A DNA stretch of 63,069 nucleotides, the filler included, from Licmophora abbreviata (taxonomy: Eukaryota), in assembly GCA_900291995.1 (NCBI GenBank). It is 16 parts of 16 records of this genome, joined end to end, with 100 filler letters (N's around TTAATTAATTAA, not from the genome) between each part and the next. Parts side by side here need not be neighbours in the genome. Positions count along the whole stretch, not along the records: positions 60,874 to 63,069 come from OLMU01005148.1; 15 more parts are not named here. One strand, written 5' to 3'. Both the position numbers and the translations under genes were made by a program. This document shows positions 61,572-63,069 of the stretch, in pieces. Position 1 is the first letter of the stretch; every line of letters begins with the position of its first letter. Below the pieces are notes generated by a model. The model saw only the letters and a program-made list of their open reading frames with translations. It was not told where the DNA came from and made no database searches.

Positions 61572-63069
61572 CTACATCTTCCTTTTCAGTTTTATTGTAA
61601 TCCTCTTTTTCACAGCCTTTGTCTTTGTCTTTTCCTCTGCCTTGATCTTCTTCTTCTTTTTTGGTTTCTTTTCAACAACTGATTCTTCACTATCAGAAGA
61701 GCCACTCAAGTCAATGGTATCATAGCTACCCATGCAAGATTTCCACTCCAGTGTTTAATCTCTTCCTTGTAAACACTCCTCCATCATCCACCAACTTTGC
61801 ATTGACTAATTTCTTTGCATTTTCAGCCTCCACAGTTCCTTCCAAGAAGTCCAGTTTCGGATCATTGATGTAATGCAAACCCATGAACAGCTGCGCATGT
61901 TTCCCCTTGCTTATCATTGGTTCTGGTTGCCTGATCTGTCCAACACCCTTGAAATCATAACACGACAGGTTGTAGTAGCTATAGAGCTTCTCTAGTTCAT
62001 TGGTTGGCTCCGGTGCTTCTGGTACTAGTGTTCCTGGCTGCTTAGCACTCCATATGACCTTCCCCATATAGGTACCAATACACTCATCTTCAACAACAAA
62101 GAAACACAGAAAAAGACATCAAAAAGGAAAAGCAAATGGTAAGTTTGTATCACCTGGGATGATCATTGAGTACAAGACACACAAGACAGGAGTAGATCTC
62201 ACCTTTCTCAAATCGCCGAGCAGCAAAACAACCAATATTCCCACTACATCTGCTAGAGGGTGCAAGGAACAGCCAATCACCCCATTCACCCAACATTTTA
62301 AAGCTTTTGGCCGAGCGAAGCTGGAGCACATACTGCCAACCATTGTACAATTGAGACTGGGGCTTTCCTGCCTCTTTCTCAGGGTGGTGATCAGGCAAAG
62401 ACAAGCCAGTTTCAAGGTACTTACTTTGTTTGGTCCAATTGGAGAGCAGATCACTTGTTATGACACCCCTGCCCTTCTTGAAAACTCCACAGTACTCCAC
62501 CTTCCACCGGTACCAAGTCCCCTCTTGTTCCTCAAATGCTAGTACCCCTTCCTCAGCCGCAAAGAACAGACTTGCCAGAGCATATGAGAATTGTTGATTC
62601 CTTACACCCGCCAAACCAACGAAGTATTCCCGCAGAGTCTCTTTGGACTTGAAGTGAGAGCAATGTCTTTCCAGGTCCACAGCACTCCAAACGACTTCCG
62701 TCCCCTCATGATCTACCGCTTTCAGCTTCTTGTCTCCATGATTGTTGTCTATAACATCAGCTGGCGTTGCAACCCAGCCAAACACCCTCCTCATGAACTC
62801 CGTATCCACTGCATCCTTCCTGTCACTGAAAAAGGATTCACCAAGATCTGAAAATTTCTTGTTGAGCTCTTCATGAACTTGAGAAATGGACAGCTTGCGA
62901 ACGGAACACGCCTCGCCCACACCAAACGCCTTGTCAAACAATCGTTTCATAAGAACAGCACTTGGCTCATGTAGTTCCAGCCAACTGCAGTTCCGGCTCC
63001 ACACCGTTGCGATGACCTTGTTGAGATGATACTGTCTTCTCTTGCATGGAGTCATTCGACAACTTGCAA
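61572..63069 (-). CDS. SET-domain-containing protein (5' partial; intron 62088-62202; apparent frameshift near 61735)
   Basis: Splicing GTGAGA...TTGAAG gives GNIGCFAARRFEK|DECIGTYMG. This is followed by LHYIND, NAKLVDDGGV...KRLNTGVEIL and a shifted tail GSYD...KKPKKKKKIK. Confidence 0.7.

Larger units (their letters stand above)
56645..63069. other. Eukaryotic nuclear DNA, three contigs (probably diatom-like alga)
   Basis: Abrupt GC drop, microsatellites, poly-N/Q/S/T/P tracts, GT-AG introns, a mitochondrial-type uL4 and no operon structure. Confidence 0.88.

Noticed and set aside
1..63069. tRNA, rRNA, CRISPR arrays, integrases, transposases, prophage or defence genes
   Set aside because: None was recognisable by eye in either strand or in the ORF track.

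Overview
This window is not one continuous molecule. It holds 16 contigs joined by 15 artificial 100-nt spacers (N-run, TTAATTAATTAA, N-run). Positions 1-56544 are a GC-rich alphaproteobacterial scaffold whose gene content looks like Rhodobacteraceae/roseobacter, with many genes running across the gaps. In order it carries: a two-partner secretion locus (LktA-like filamentous TpsA, FhaC-type TpsB and two IalB-family proteins); lepA and other housekeeping genes; a beta-oxidation cluster behind tandem MerR/LiuR-type regulators; mtnP-apt purine salvage; a complete beta-hydroxyaspartate cycle (bhcABCD-bhcR); metal-homeostasis genes; an AttEFGH-like ABC system; a stand-alone phnDCE/phnM-phnF module with no C-P lyase core, directly abutting an arsRC-gapdh-arsJ-acr3 arsenic operon; and a DmdA-like GcvT-family gene. 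Positions 56645-63069 are markedly less GC-rich eukaryotic nuclear DNA with microsatellites, GT-AG introns, a mitochondrial-type uL4, a secreted endonuclease I and a SET-domain gene. I infer it is probably diatom-like, so the assembly looks like an alga-plus-bacterium mixture. The best candidates for an under-described system are the TPS locus with dedicated IalB proteins and the phn-ars-DmdA-like cluster. All family calls come from motif recognition, not database searches.
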